Positions 44,818-58,399 of a stretch of 64,000 bases of DNA are shown piece after piece. A model generated the notes under the pieces. It ran no database searches and was not told where the DNA came from. It was given only the letters and a program-made list of their open reading frames with translations. The stretch lies in assembly GCF_009914755.1 (NCBI RefSeq), contig NC_060925.1; one strand, given 5' to 3'. Each line of letters begins with the position of its first letter. Position 1 is the first letter of the stretch. The DNA comes from the human T2T-CHM13v2.0 reference genome, Homo sapiens. The translations under genes and the position numbers were made by a program.

Positions 44818-46219
44818 TGATATGGTTTGGCTCTGTGTCCTCACCCAAATCTCATCTTGTAGCTCCCATAATTCCCACGCTTGTGGGAAGAACTTGGTGG
44901 GAGATAATTGAATCATAGAGGCAAGTCTTTCCCATGTTGTTTTCATGATAGTGAATAAGTTTCACAAAATCTGATGATTTCAAAAATGGGAGCTTCCCTG
45001 CACAAGCTCTCTTTTTGCCTGCTGCCATCCATGTAAGATGTGACTTGCTCCACCTTGCTTTCTGCCATGATTGTGAGGCCTCCCCAGCCATGTGGAACTG
45101 TAAGTCCATTAAACCTCTTTCTTTTGTAAATTGCCCAGTCTTGGATATGTCTTAGCAGCAGCATGAAAACAGACTAATACAATACATTAGTACCAATAGA
45201 GTGAGATATTGCTGAAAAGATACCCAAAAATGTGGAGGCAACTTTGGAACCGGGTAACAGGCAGAGGTTGGAACAGTTTGGAGGGCTCAGAAGAAAATAC
45301 AAGAAAATATGGGAAAGTTTGGAACTTCCTAGAGACTTAAATGGCTTTGACAAAAATGCTGATAGTGATATAAACAATAAGGTTCAGGCTGAGATGGTCT
45401 CAGATGGAGATAAGGAACTTGTTGGGAACTGGAGCAAAGGTGATTCTTGCTATGTTTTAGCAAAGAGACTGGCAGCATTTTGCCCCTGACCTAGAGATGT
45501 GTGGAATTTTGGACTTAAAAAAGATGAGTTAGGGTATCTGGTGGAAAAAATTTCTAAGCAGCAAGGCAGTCAAGAGGTGACGAGTGCTGTTAAAGGCATA
45601 CAGTTTTATAAAGGAAGCAGAGCATAAAAGTTCAAAAATTTGCAGCCTGACAATGCAATAGAAAAAGAAAATCCCATTTTCTGAGAAGAAATTCAAGCCA
45701 GCTGCAGAAATTTGCATAAGTAACAAGCAGCCAAATGTTAATCCCCAAGACAATGGAGAAAATGTCTCCAGGGCATGTCAGAGGTCTTCACGGCAGCCCC
45801 TCCCATCACAGACCCAGAGGCCTACCTAGGAGGAAAAAATGGTTTTGTGGGCCAGGCCCAGGGTCCTGTGCTGCATGCAGGCTAGGAACTTGGTGCTCTG
45901 TGTCTCAGCTGCTCCAGCTGTGACTAAAAGGGGCCAAGATACAGCTCAGGCTGTGGCTTCAGAAGGTGCAAACCCCAATCCTTGGCAGCTTCCACTTGGT
46001 GTTGAGCCTGTGGGTGCACAGAAATCAAGAACTGAGGTTTGGGAGCCTCTGCCTAGATTTCAGAGGATATATGGAAATGCCTGAATGTCCAGGCAGAAGT
46101 TTGCTGCAGGAGTGGGGGTCTCATGGAGAACCTCTGCTAGGGCAGTGCAGAAGGGAAATGTGGGATCAGAGTCCAGTCTGGAGCATGTCTTATCAGCAGC
46201 ATGAAAACAGACTAATACA
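44818..46219 (+). mobile_element. THE1A/B MaLR: full 5' LTR (44818-45181), partial internal region, 3' LTR stub (about 46173-46219)
   Basis: tgatatggtttggctctgtgtcc...actaataca; THE1-int sequence; TSD gactg/gacca. Confidence 0.92.
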
Positions 46220-48564
46220 GACCACAAGAAGAGAAGTTTAGAAATGGACCAAAAGCCTATTAAAATCTGATGTATTATAAAGGTGGCATTATAATCATTG
46301 GAGCAAAGATAGTCTTTTGAATAAATGGTGGCAAACGATAAAATTAGATATATACCATACCATGCACCAATGCAAGTCCAAATGGATCAGAAGTGTAATT
46401 GTAAAAAATGAAAATATGTAAAGACTATAATAAAACATAGATGAATTCCTCCTTAACCTGGATTCAATAAAATGAAAGATGATAAGTTGATAAATTTAAA
46501 TATGTATAAACTAAAAAAGAACTTTGGTTGGTTAAAAAGAAAAATGGAGTCAAAAATAAAATGAATAACTGGAAGAAAATAATTGCAACATATATCGTGG
46601 AGGAAGAGCTGATATCATTAACATACAAATAAATTTAAATTGAGAAAGAAAATCCTAAAAATCTTACAGAAAATTGGCCAAAAACCAAAACTAGTAATTT
46701 CTGAAACAAGATGCAATAAAAGGCCCTTAAATATATAAAACTAGTGTTCACATACATTGCTAATAAGATTGCACAATGAGATGGAGGAGAATTTGACAAT
46801 ATTGAACTAAACTGCATACACATTTACTCCTTGACCCAGCAATCTCAACAGAATTTAACACAAAGATAACTTACAATTTGAAAAAAAAATGCACAGTGTG
46901 ACTTATTACAACATTATTTGTAATAGCACAATGTTAGAAATAGCCTAAGTATCCAAGATGGGAAATTGGTTGAATAAATTATGGTATACACACAGAATGG
47001 AGTAGCATGCAGCTGTAAAACATAATGAGGAAGGTCTCTTTACACTGATATGGAGCGATTCTCGAAGAGACATTAAATGAAGAAAGCAAAAATGCAAAAT
47101 ATCACATATACTATACCCTGTTTTTGTAAGAAAGAAGGAGAAATAAGAAAAGATACATATATCTACTTATTTTCACAAAAAGAGCCATGTGAAAGAAAAA
47201 ACAAAAGATAATAAAGTCAGGTACTTACAACAGGTGGGCATGGTATAGAATGAAAGAAATATAGGATAGATGGCATGTCTCTGAGCAAACCTTTTTAAAT
47301 GATGTTGACTTTTGGAAGCATGCTAATGTTCTATATATTAAAAAAATCAACAAAGATAGGAAGGGAAATAAAAAGCTAAAACTAAAAGCAAACTGGAAAA
47401 AAATAAACACAGTGTATTTCAAATAACCTTACTGAAGAAGAAAACTGTAAAAGTTAAGCCATTTATTAACACAATATGTGACTGTGGGGAGGGTATAAAG
47501 AAAACTGAAAACTCCAAAACCATTTTTAGTAGATTTGGTGTTTTTTATAATGGGCGAGGCAATTCAGAAATCTTTCAAATGTACTATAGGATTGAGCAAA
47601 AGAGTAAATGCATCAAAGTTGTTGGGATCCAGGGTTCTTAACTACAGAAGGATCTATAAATAGGAAATGGAGAAAGTAAGAAGAACCCTGTAGGCATGGA
47701 TTAGAATAGGAAGTATTGTTATGGACTCATGATTTCTAAAATACGGACATGATTGCATATATGCATGTATATGTAAATGTGTATATATATATATGTCAAT
47801 ATGTGTATAATGTAATATGTGTTAATAAAAAAGGAATGGCTTATACTCCACGTATTTTCCAGCACTGTCCTTGAAAGGTCTTTGAAGTAAAGATACCTCA
47901 GTAACAATGAGCATACCTACCACTCAGGTGTTGGTCTGTAATGCCACTAAAAGGAACCAGGACTCCTCAGAGAAATGGATGATTCCAGAGCTGGGCCAGG
48001 ATAGATAAAAGATAGGTTTGGAACATCTTATTGCTTGAGAAAAATAAGAAGTGCTAAAAAAATGTGTGGTGCATGTCTCAACAATATAGAAACCCTTTAC
48101 AAGACTCCCACTGGCCTTATCTGGGACAATTTAAGCAATAAAAACAACTAAAAATCTAAGGATAATAAGTATAAAAAGGAACCCAGGAGTTTGTACTGAT
48201 AATAAATACATAAATAATAATAGATCCAATAAAGAAATAGATGAGTGAATAAATAAATTTACAGGAGAGAAAAGATAGCTGTTGCCCTCAGTAGAATGCT
48301 AAATGCCACCTGGCAAATATGAGGAGTGCTGGATTTGGAATCATGTTTTTTGCAACCATCGTTGTAAAGGTAGGTTCAGGCAAGAATCATCAGTGGATGG
48401 CAAATGCAGGAGAAGTGTTGATGAATAGAATATTTGCATGGTCTTAAAGCTTTTCTTCACAGACTGCTTATTTTCTTCACAGACTGCTTATTGCAAGGGA
48501 GAAAAATAGTAACTGTAATAGAGAAATCAGGCAACATCTTGACTGTGTAATGAAAATCAGCAAT

Positions 48565-49012
48565 TGTGTTGGTTAATACTGAATGTCAACTTGATCAGAT
48601 TGAAGGATACAAAGTATTGATCCTGGGTGTGTCTGTGAGGGTGTTACCAAAAGAGATTAACATTTGAGTCAGTGGGCAAGGGAAGGCAGATCCACTCTTA
48701 ATCTGGTGGGCACAATCTAATCAGCTGCCAGCAAATATAAAGCAGGCAGAAAAATGTGAAAAAGAGACACTGGCCTAGCCTCCCAGCCTACATCTTTCTC
48801 CCATGCTAGATGCTTCCTGCCCTCGAACATCGGACTCCAAGTTCTTCAGTTTTGGGACTCGGACTGGCTCTCCTTGCTCCTCAGCTTGCAGACAGCCTAT
48901 TGTGGGACCTTGTGATCATGTAAGTTAATACTTAATAAACTCCCTTTTATATAGATATAGATATAGATATATCCTATTAGTTCTGTCCTTCTAGAGAACC
49001 CTGACTAATACA
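48565..49012 (+). mobile_element. MLT2A1-type HERVL solo LTR
   Basis: tgtgttggttaatactgaatgtcaacttg...gaaccctgactaataca; perfect TSD gcaat. Confidence 0.92.
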
Positions 49013-49166
49013 GCAATCATCACTTAGAGGTAAACAGATATACAGACATCATGGCCCTCCAGATGCAATACCTGATGATTGTGTTGTGGCCAGGAACATA
49101 GGGCCTGGATGTATTCATAAGGAACCATCAACTAAATTCCAAATGAAGAACATTCTATTTAAAAAA

Positions 49167-49590
49167 TTGGAACCAACCCAAATGCCCATCAGTGATAGAC
49201 TGGATAAAGAAAATGTGGCACATGTACACCATGGAATACTATGCAGCCATAAAAAAGGTTGAGTTTATGTTCTTTGCAGGGACATGGATGAAGCTGGAAA
49301 CCATCATTCTCAGCAAACTAACACAGGAACAGAACACCAAACACTGCATGTTCTCACTCATAAGTGGGAGTTGAACAATGAGAACATATGGACACAGGGA
49401 GGGGAACATCACACACTGGGGCCTGTCAGGGGATTGGGGGTTAGGGTAGGGATAGCATCAGGAGAAATACCTAATGCAGATGACTGGTTGATGGATGCAG
49501 CTAACCACCATGGCACGTGTATACCTATGTAACAAACCTGCACGTTCTGCACATGTATCCCAGAAATTAAAATATAATAAAAAATTAAAA
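49167..49590 (+). mobile_element. L1PA7-like 3' end
   Basis: ORF2 C-terminus IDWIKKMWHMYTMEYYAAIKK plus 3' UTR. Confidence 0.92.
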
Positions 49591-49950
49591 AGCACTGCAT
49601 CCTCCAAAAATAGCAATAAAAAAGACAAAGAAAGGCTACATAAATATTCCAGTTATAAGGTGACTAATCGGACATGACAACTACGTGCATTATCTGATCA
49701 TAAACTGGTTCCTGAACTGGAGGGAAAATAAATACTAATAAAGGACATTGTTGTGTTCATTAACAAAATTGAAATATAAATAACAGGTTAGATAAAAGTA
49801 TTCATCAGTATTAAATTTACTGAAGTTGTTAACTGCTATGATTACATGGGAGAATTTTATTATTCTTGGAAAATGCTTGCTAATACATAATACTTAAGTA
49901 CTGATGAGGAAAGGGCCATTATGTGTGCAGCTTACTCTCAAATGGTTCAG

Positions 49951-50076
49951 AAATATGTATATATAAGTATATATATATATACATATACATATATACACAT
50001 ATATATACACATATATACATATACATATATATACATATATATATACACACACATATGAAGAGAGAGCGGGAGAGAG
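49951..50076. repeat. (TA)n/(TACA)n/(GA)n compound microsatellite
   Basis: Direct inspection. Confidence 0.95.
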
Positions 50077-50854
50077 CACGTACATGCAAGTGGGATAAAA
50101 TGATAACAATAGGAAAATCTAGATTAAAAGTATTTAATTCTTTTCACTTTTCTTAATCTTGTGATTTTCTGTTAATTTGAAATCATTTCAAAATAAAAAG
50201 TATTTTAAAAACTTTGATTCTCTATAATAAATGTTGGAATGAATGTAACAAATAAAATTTAACCAGTCAAAAAAAACCAGTGCATCAATATTGGGTGGGG
50301 AACTGCAGTTTCACGGCAGTATATATGATGAAGTTAGTGTGGTTCTCGCTGATTGTGGGCTAAATATGACCCCTCACAATGGCTCAGGATCAGAGAGCGG
50401 AGGACAGCTCTCAGAGCAGGCTCAGGACTTCTGTAAATTTTAGTAATGCAGAAGTCCCCATCTAAGCTCTTGGATCCTTTCTGATGGTGTCCTTCCCAAG
50501 CCATTTCCTTGCTGACAAGGCCTGCAAGGTGCAGTGAGGTGCCTGAACTGTCCTTGAGGGCTCCAGCACACCTTCAGATAGGGGCATTTTTAGGCTTTAA
50601 CAGATTTTCTGGAATTGGCAGACTCTGAACATTACTCTCAATGTTTTTCTTTTCCAGTAAGCCCTTCCTAGGGGGAAGCTATGGGAAGGACAACAGTAAC
50701 TGCTTCTAATGTCAAGGTAGCATGGTAGCATGGGCGTTGTCCATGCACACCGCAGGTATCTTCACCCACAGCCTCCAGGCCTGAGCTTCAAAAACGGAGA
50801 GACTCTTCTTTGCTGCATCACAAAATGTTTCCTCAAATAATTAACGGCAATTAT

Positions 50855-51070
50855 GATAATGGTGAAGAAGCCAGGCTACTAGCCAGTCTCTCTGAGTTTT
50901 AACCAGGCTCCAACACATACTAGCTATAAGACCATAGAGAAGTTACTTAACCCTCTGTGTCTTAGTTTCCTCACCGGTAAGAGTATAAATACTGCATTGG
51001 GAAGGTTGGCTGAGTTAATACTACAAAGCACTTATCCCAAGAAAATAGTAAGTGCTTTTAGTTATTGCTT
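50855..51070 (+). mobile_element. MIR
   Basis: aagttacttaaccctctgtgtcttagtttcctca. Confidence 0.75.
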
Positions 51071-51544
51071 ATAAGTGTATAAAATATAGTTTTTCAAACT
51101 TGTAGTTATTGTTTTAAATCTCTTTAAGAAAGCCCTTTAACTGACGAGATTTTAGTCTCCTCTTCCATTGCTGTACTCTCTAATGAACATGGTCACTATT
51201 CTCTTTTATCTGATCCTTTCTGTGTCTTTTATAAGACTTTCAGCTCACTAGACCACATCACCGGTAAACAGTCACTGATCCCTCAACACATACATCCACT
51301 CATACTCACACATGCACACGCACATCAACTAGTCTGTAAAAAAACAAACAAAAACAAACAAAAACTCCTGATGCACGAATTGGGGGCTTCTCCAGATTAA
51401 TCAGGATTGTACTCTGTCTAGCCAGTGGGGCTACAGGCAGAGTGAGCAATGGATTTCAGAGGCCCAGAGCACCCTTCTGATCCCAAACACATCCATCTAA
51501 CATCCTGAAATAACTGTTATGGTAAATGCTTTATTGAGAAGACT

Positions 51545-52420
51545 GATATTTAGTGAGTTAAGAAAGGAACATGTTAGAAGAGATTTGTGTTCACTACCAT
51601 CAAATTGCATGGGTTCCAATCCTAGCTCTGCCCTACCTTCTGTGAATTCTTAATTGCTCTTTGCCTTAGTTTTATCAACACACACACATACACAAAAGAA
51701 CCTACACTATAGACTTAATAGAGTTATATATGTAAAGTGCTTAGAGTGAGCATGTCATCAGAGCTATGTAAGTGTAATCTATTATTTTTATTATTTCTTT
51801 ATACATTCAACAAATAGTAATTAAGCACCTACATTATGCGAAACACTATGCAAGGTCCTAGAAATATCAGCATATATGAAACAAATAGTTTGTAAACTAT
51901 TGGGGGGAAGCAAAATAAGCAAACAGATTTTTTAAGCAAATCATCATATAAACGTGAAGGAAAAAGAAGATGCCGAGGGAGAGAATGCAAGGGTATTGGT
52001 GGCAGGGGGAGTGGGGAAAGGGGCTTGGGTTTGGCCACAGAAAAGGCTTCTCTGAGGAGAAAGCATTTGACCTAAGGCCTGAATTGAGGGGAAGAAGCCA
52101 GTTCCCAAAGAGGAAGAGGAGGAGCACTTCAGACACAGGGGGAAGTCTGTGTAATGGCCCCCAGCAGACAATGGACAATGGCTGTCCAGTAGAATCTGGG
52201 CTTAGTGAGTGAACATGAGTGGCCTTCAATGAAGGCAGGGGTCAGATTACGCAGGGCCTCGGAGGGCATGGTAGGAGTTCAAATTTGATTTTATGAACCC
52301 TGTGAAGTCATTGAAAGGTTTGAAGCAAGACAATTACATGATCCAATTTACTTTTTCAAATGCTCTATCTGAATGCCCTATAAAATTAGATAGTTACCAA
52401 GGCAAGATAGATTATAGGAA
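51545..52420. mobile_element. MIR (+) followed by L2 (-)
   Basis: gggttccaatcctagctctgcc; cattcaacaaatag...aagcacctac. Confidence 0.65.
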
Positions 52421-53207
52421 TGCCATCACAGGGGACCTGGCTGCTGCATCCTATGAACTACACAGACCACCCAGGCAGTGGTCTGTTTGGGTCACACATA
52501 CAAAATGTATCCTTTTGTGTTTCAGGGAGCCAGTCCAAGGCCTTGTGCAGTTTTTGGGCTTGGATCGTGGAGGTTCCACTGGGGCTGGGAGGGAGAACGT
52601 ATTTTGACCATTGGATAATGTCTTGCAGCTTGTAACATGTGGCTTTGATCTATTTGAGTGAGAACCTCAGTCTGTTTAGCTGACATCATTTATACAGTCT
52701 CTTTGGCACTCAAGAAGTAAATTATCTCTCTTTAAATGTTTTAATTCTATCATCAGCTTATTTTAATATTTTACTATTAATAAGAACATTTTTCTCTCCT
52801 CCTCTTGAAGTGGACATTTGAGGAAATAATTTCAAGATTGAAAATCATTTCATATTGAGATTATCTATATCCTCAATCATTTGGCCGAATTCCTGTGGCT
52901 TTGTTTGTTTGCTTGTTTTTGAGTAGATATGTTTGAATGTCTGGAACTACATGGTACCAATAATTAGCTTGACTGTTATTTCCTATTTTTATTCAGGCCT
53001 GTCTGGTGTTACATAAATAGTTCTGATGTGCTGAATGTCTGTTGATCCCTATTTTGACTCCTAGTGGTTATATGAATTTAAATCTCTGAGACTGTCAGCT
53101 AAGTCAGCTGTGACTACTTCCATTCTAATATTCTAGGGCTTTGGATGGTATCTGAGGACACTGGGGAGGCATAGTGGTGTTTCCTTTTAGTTATGATTTT
53201 ATAAAAT

Positions 53208-56200
53208 TGTCCTGGTTGGGTTCTCTGAGAATAAGATGCTGAGATGGAGTTGGGAGTGCAAAGGGTTTCTTGAGGAATAAGACTCGTGAAAAGAAAAAGG
53301 AGGAAACAGAATTGGGCTGAGGTGTCATCACACTGTGACACAGTCCTGACAAACTCAAGGCTCCAGATCAATGACTGCCCATTAAAAGAGTCCTGCATTG
53401 GGCAAAAATGGTTATGCCTTAGTATCACCATCTGACTCAATCATTGGCTTAGAGTAGCCTCAAGAGGATCAGGACCTCAGTTCAAAAATTAAGGTGAACC
53501 TCAGAAAGAGCTAACCACTGGAGACTGCCAGCTTACCATACTTCTTGCAGCTGGGTAGCAGTTCTTCCTCTGAAGGGGAAACAATGTGGTGGCATGTCTC
53601 TTTGTCTTCCACATATAAATTGCATCCATCTGCCTTTCAGAGAAGCTTGTGCTGTGAGATCTACTTGTCTACACACATGAGAGAACAGCTCCTCCTTTCT
53701 TCCTAATGGTAAATATAGAAGAGGGAAGTTAGTGAAACAAACTATGGCCCTTGTGGCTGCCCTTGGTCTAAGGACCACTACTACTGCTCATTGTTTCCTC
53801 TTCCACTCCTCATTCAAATTTGTTCTCATCCTCAGCTACCACTTCTACTGGTCTCAGTGGCTTACTTGATGGTGTCAATCAGACCTCATTTCTGAGGGAT
53901 CCGAGCTCCTTCTTAGCCAGGGCTGTACCCTTGTTCATTCTCAATCACAACTGGGCAAGGAAGGACAAAGAAGTACCAAAGTGGATCGCCTGGGTTCCAC
54001 GTGGATTCCTCCCTGCCTCTGGGATGTAACAGCAGCCCTGTCTCCTCCTGCTGATCGCATCAGTTACTCCTGAGAAGACGGTGAATCTTCTTCTTGCCTA
54101 CCACTCCTTAGGCATGAGGAGCCCGAGATACCTCGGTAGTAGCTGCAGCTTATAGTTCCGTTACACCCTTGCTGTGTACACTGGCAAGAGTGCTCCCTTT
54201 TGGTGTTGAGAACCTTTATCTCTACAGTAACCTTTCAGAAATACGAAGCACAGTTTCCAGTAGTGGTGGTCAGTGGTTCTACTCCACATATGTGCCTTGG
54301 TTCTCAAACCCATGTATTCTTTCTACAATGGACCCAGTGCCATAGAAACATATCTGACTCCATAGGTATATGGCATCCTGAAGGATGATGCCCAATTTTT
54401 ATAGAATTTTGCCTCTGGGCTTGTACTTCAGCTGTGACTTCAAACTGAACTTTTTAATGCTCTGAGCCTGGCTGTTCCTGAATGGTATGCTAGGTGATAC
54501 TACACTATACTGTTTGGGATTCTGTCTCACTGAATCAAACATTCTGTAAGCCCCATGATAGAGGTGTTAGCTGAGGTCCTGAAGGCAGAAATGCAAACTT
54601 GTACCTGAAATAGGTGTCCTGAGGGATACAATATAGTAATTGGATCCTGAGGGATCCAATATAATAAATTGCCACCAACTGATCAGTTGATCTCCTCAAG
54701 GAAAAGCCCCAAAGGGGCTTCCAATTAGCCTCTGTTGCTAATAGGCTAGACATTCATCAATGGCAGTGGTTAAACTGATCTTGGTGAGTGGGAGATGGTC
54801 CTGTTAATCCCATGTGTAGCTTTCATCTCTGCTTCTATGCTCACAGGATTCACCTGTCTGTTTTGTCAACACTGGAGCCGCTGCTGACAAAGACTGGTTA
54901 ATACCAATTGGCCATGCCACTTTTTCCACTTTGGTTGTTCAGTGCCTCATTCAAGGTAGATGCTAGTTCTAATGAGCTTTAATATGTGAATTAAAAAAAA
55001 ATAAAACCTCCAAACTTGGTTCCCATTCTAATATATACAACCACATACCTCTACTCTCAATGTTTTTGTCTCCATTCTTCCAATTTCTTTCCTTCTAGGC
55101 TCTGAACCAGCTGACCAGGCTATTTGCCACTGACCTTGGAGGTTTTTTTCCCCATCACTGTTATTTTTCAAGGTATCCTCTGAGTGAGGCTATCATGTAG
55201 TCTCCATGAATTTTTGGCTTGTACGCACTCGCTAAGATGACCCATTCCAACACCAAGCTCTGTTGTTTCGTCCTTCTGTCTTGGCTTTACAAAATGGCCT
55301 TTGTAATTGGCCTAACCCAATATAGCCATAAGTGAGATAAGAAAAGAATACTAGAGCAAATGTGGTGGATGAATGAGAATTTGGGCTGCTTGCTCATGCA
55401 CCATGATGACACTTTCTGCTCATGCTCATAGTAGGCCTTGAATATACCATTTCCATCTTATGATCAACTGCTGCGGTCACCTTCCCAACTTTTTTATTTG
55501 ATAAGTCCAGTAGGACCCAGCTGTTCCAGACAAATGGTCATTTGGTGTCTCATGGTCAATTGTTTTATATCTACTGCAGTCCAATAGCATAAGAGCCTAA
55601 GAGCTCTTTTCCAGTGCTGGGCAATTCTCTGTTAGAGATGGTATAGCCTGTCTCCAGAAATTCAGGTTTGTTTATTGCTATTCTTACACTAGAACTTGCT
55701 ATAAAGCCCACACTACATATTTTCTACCACTCCTATCTCCAGCACCATGGGGCCTGCCAGATTATGTGACCCAACTGCCAGGGTTGCTCTTCCAGAAGCC
55801 AAAAAGTCCCACCAGGCATTGTGCATGCTTTTTTGTAAAAGGAGATACAAGATGCAACAATTTCTCTTTTACTTGGAACAGTATAATTAAGCATGCCAGT
55901 AGACCCTAAATATTTTACTGAGATGGCAGACCCGTTAATTATTATAGCATTTATTTCTCACTGTCTGGAGTGCATGCATCTTACCATGGCCTCCAGTGCA
56001 CTCTCCACCTTTTCCTCACCCGCAATGTGATGCTCTGCAGGATGTCCAGATAGAGGAGCTAACAAAACAATTAACAGAGAGTGAGATTGTAAATATGCAT
56101 TGTTTTCTGTTCCACGTGAATGCAAACTATTTCTGAAAGTCTTTCATTGTTAAGATAGAGAATACATTTGCCAAGTCACTGGCTGCATATCGTATTCTTG

Positions 56201-57846
56201 TGGCCACATCAATCCACTCTGGCAATCTGAAATAGCAGCTGTCATTAGGGCTGCCGCAGATTGAAGCTGCGACAGTCTACACAGTTATTCTCCAGGGCCC
56301 ATTCAACGTTTTCAGGGTCAAACCAGCAAGTCAAGTAGATAGTGGCCACCACCTTACCACATTTAAGCATGATATTAATCTCTAATAACTCTCACTTTGA
56401 GAGCATATGATTCTGTTTGTGTCTTACCGTCTTGTACAGATGGTATAAGATGGTATCTTGGGAGAATGTGCTAGTAGAGGGATAGGCATGGGCTGGAGGG
56501 ATGATTTTAAGTATTTGAAACATACAGAGGTGCTGCTGGTGGTGACGGTGATAAATACAGGGATAATGATTTTGGATGATTTTTACTAAATTGCATTGAT
56601 GCCTTGGATATGGATAATGGTATGCTGAGGTCAGTTAACAACGAAAGTTCCTGAGAGAAGAATTATCTTTGCCTTTTGAAGAAAAAGGCTTCTCATTTTC
56701 TTCCCATACAGGAAAACACCTGCTTTTATTGGGAAAGGGCTACTCACTTCTACAGGCTGAAATTATTGAAAGAAGTTTATGGAGTCAAAATATTGAAGGT
56801 ATTATGCATATGTCCCCAAGTCATGTGTCAGATATGCAGGTTTTCCCAACCAAGGCCTTGGCTTTGTCAAAACGGACTTGCCTTGGTTGGACATCCACCA
56901 ATCTTTGAAGTTCAGCTGCTGTTTATTAGATTCTAGATTTGATCTCATACTTCGCTCACCACTGCGTGAGAGGAGGACTTTGTGTAGCCTGCTGAAGAGA
57001 CTCTCTGGCTCTCATGCTTCGTTTTAGTTCTTTCCATTGTTAACTGCCCTCAGCATTCCATTATCCACATAATAGAATAAGGCATCAATGTAATTTAGTA
57101 ATGATCATCCAAAATCATTATCCCTATATTTGTCACCGTCACCACGAGCAGCAGCACCCCTGTACATTTCAAATACTTAAAATCATCCCACCAGCCCGTG
57201 CCTATCCCTCTACCAGCGCATTCTCCCAAGATACCATCAGTGAAAGTTTTAACAGTTAGACCACTTCATTGGCCCAGCCCATCTGTGCTCTACCTGCCAC
57301 CCAAAATGGGGTCCTCCTTACTAGCTCCAAGGTAATTGTTCCAATGCATAAATCCCATCTTGCCACCTGCTTTCTCAGAACACTCCCAGTGCCAGCTGTG
57401 CCAGTTGGGTTCTCTGAGAAGGAGTTTCTGAGATAGAATTGGGAATGAGATCGACTGGGGAATATTACCTATAAAAAGAAAAGGAAGGAGACAGGGTTGG
57501 GTAGAGGAAGCTGCCAGAATTTGATGCTGCCCTGACAATGCCTCTGCCAACCCAACAAGGCACTTCAGAGAAAAGCTTTCCCGTTAAAGGAGTTTTGCAT
57601 TGTGGTGAACATCTGTATTATTAATTTGTTGGCGTAAGGGTGCCCTGAAAAAAGGGTGATCTCAGCTGTCACCACTTTTTTCTGTCCTTGACTGAGGATC
57701 ACCCCAAAAGAAGTGACCTTGGCTTCAAAGCTCAGAAAGACACTGAAGGTTTTTCTGGAGGCAGCCAGCTAACCACATGCCTTGCAGCTTGGAAGAAAGT
57801 CTTTTCTTGAAGTGGGATATGGGCAGCCTATCTCTGTATGTGCCAA
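53208..57846 (-). mobile_element. Ancient ERVL provirus (LTR16 / ERV3-16A3-like): 3' LTR about 53208-53612, 5' LTR about 57398-57846
   Basis: Two related LTRs (gttgggttctctgagaa...). PBS-like TGGCACTGGGAGTG next to the 5' LTR. RT remnants YAASDLANVFSI and QK*FAFTWNRKQ on minus at about 56100-56190. Confidence 0.8.
56449..57238. repeat. Inverted repeat, arms about 200 bp (56449-56648 and 57030-57238)
   Basis: gatggtatcttgggagaatg... is the reverse complement of ...cattctcccaagataccatc, with scattered mismatches. Confidence 0.92.
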
Positions 57847-58399
57847 AAAATCATAGACACCCACAGCCAGACAAAATTTTGAAGAATTTGTTTTGTCCCT
57901 TCTGCTTTCAAATGCTACTAGTGTAAGATGCACCATTGGTTTGTGTACCTCCAAGAAACATACACAAAACAACAAAGCCAATCATAAAAGTCCATCACTT
58001 TATACACATTGCATTGCAGAGTTGTTAAAATCTAGAAAAATATGTATCTTAGAACTTGATGAAATACAGTACTTGCTTTTCTTTTTGATTTACACTTCAC
58101 GAATGGAAACACCTTGCACCTCCTCTCTGGCACAGGGACTCAGGTCAGCATCATCCTGAATTGGAAAAAAGAAGCTCAGTTCTATTTCTTCATATTCTGT
58201 TGACTGTGTTGCATGTAGAGATGAAATAATCAGCATCTCACTTAAAAAAATGCAAAAAAAAAAAAAAACAAACAAACAGTGCTTCTGGATCATCTAAAGG
58301 TCACACTTCTTTCCACCTCTGCTCAGAACACATAGAAATGAGAGATTAAATTTAAAAAGGAAAACCAAAGAACATAGCAAGCCTTAAAAAATATCCAAT

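Larger units (their letters stand above)
42500..50210 (+). mobile_element. Ancient L1MC-type element (ORF1, ORF2 pieces, long 3' UTR) hosting THE1, MLT2A and L1PA insertions
   Basis: ORF2 motifs (gataatatatctggaaaaccc); L1MC 3' UTR ggaaccaggactcctcagagaaatgg. Confidence 0.7.

Noticed and set aside
45174-46241. Cluster of ORFs, plus similar ORFs in Alus, L1s and LTR17
   Set aside because: Transposon-derived fragments, not host genes.
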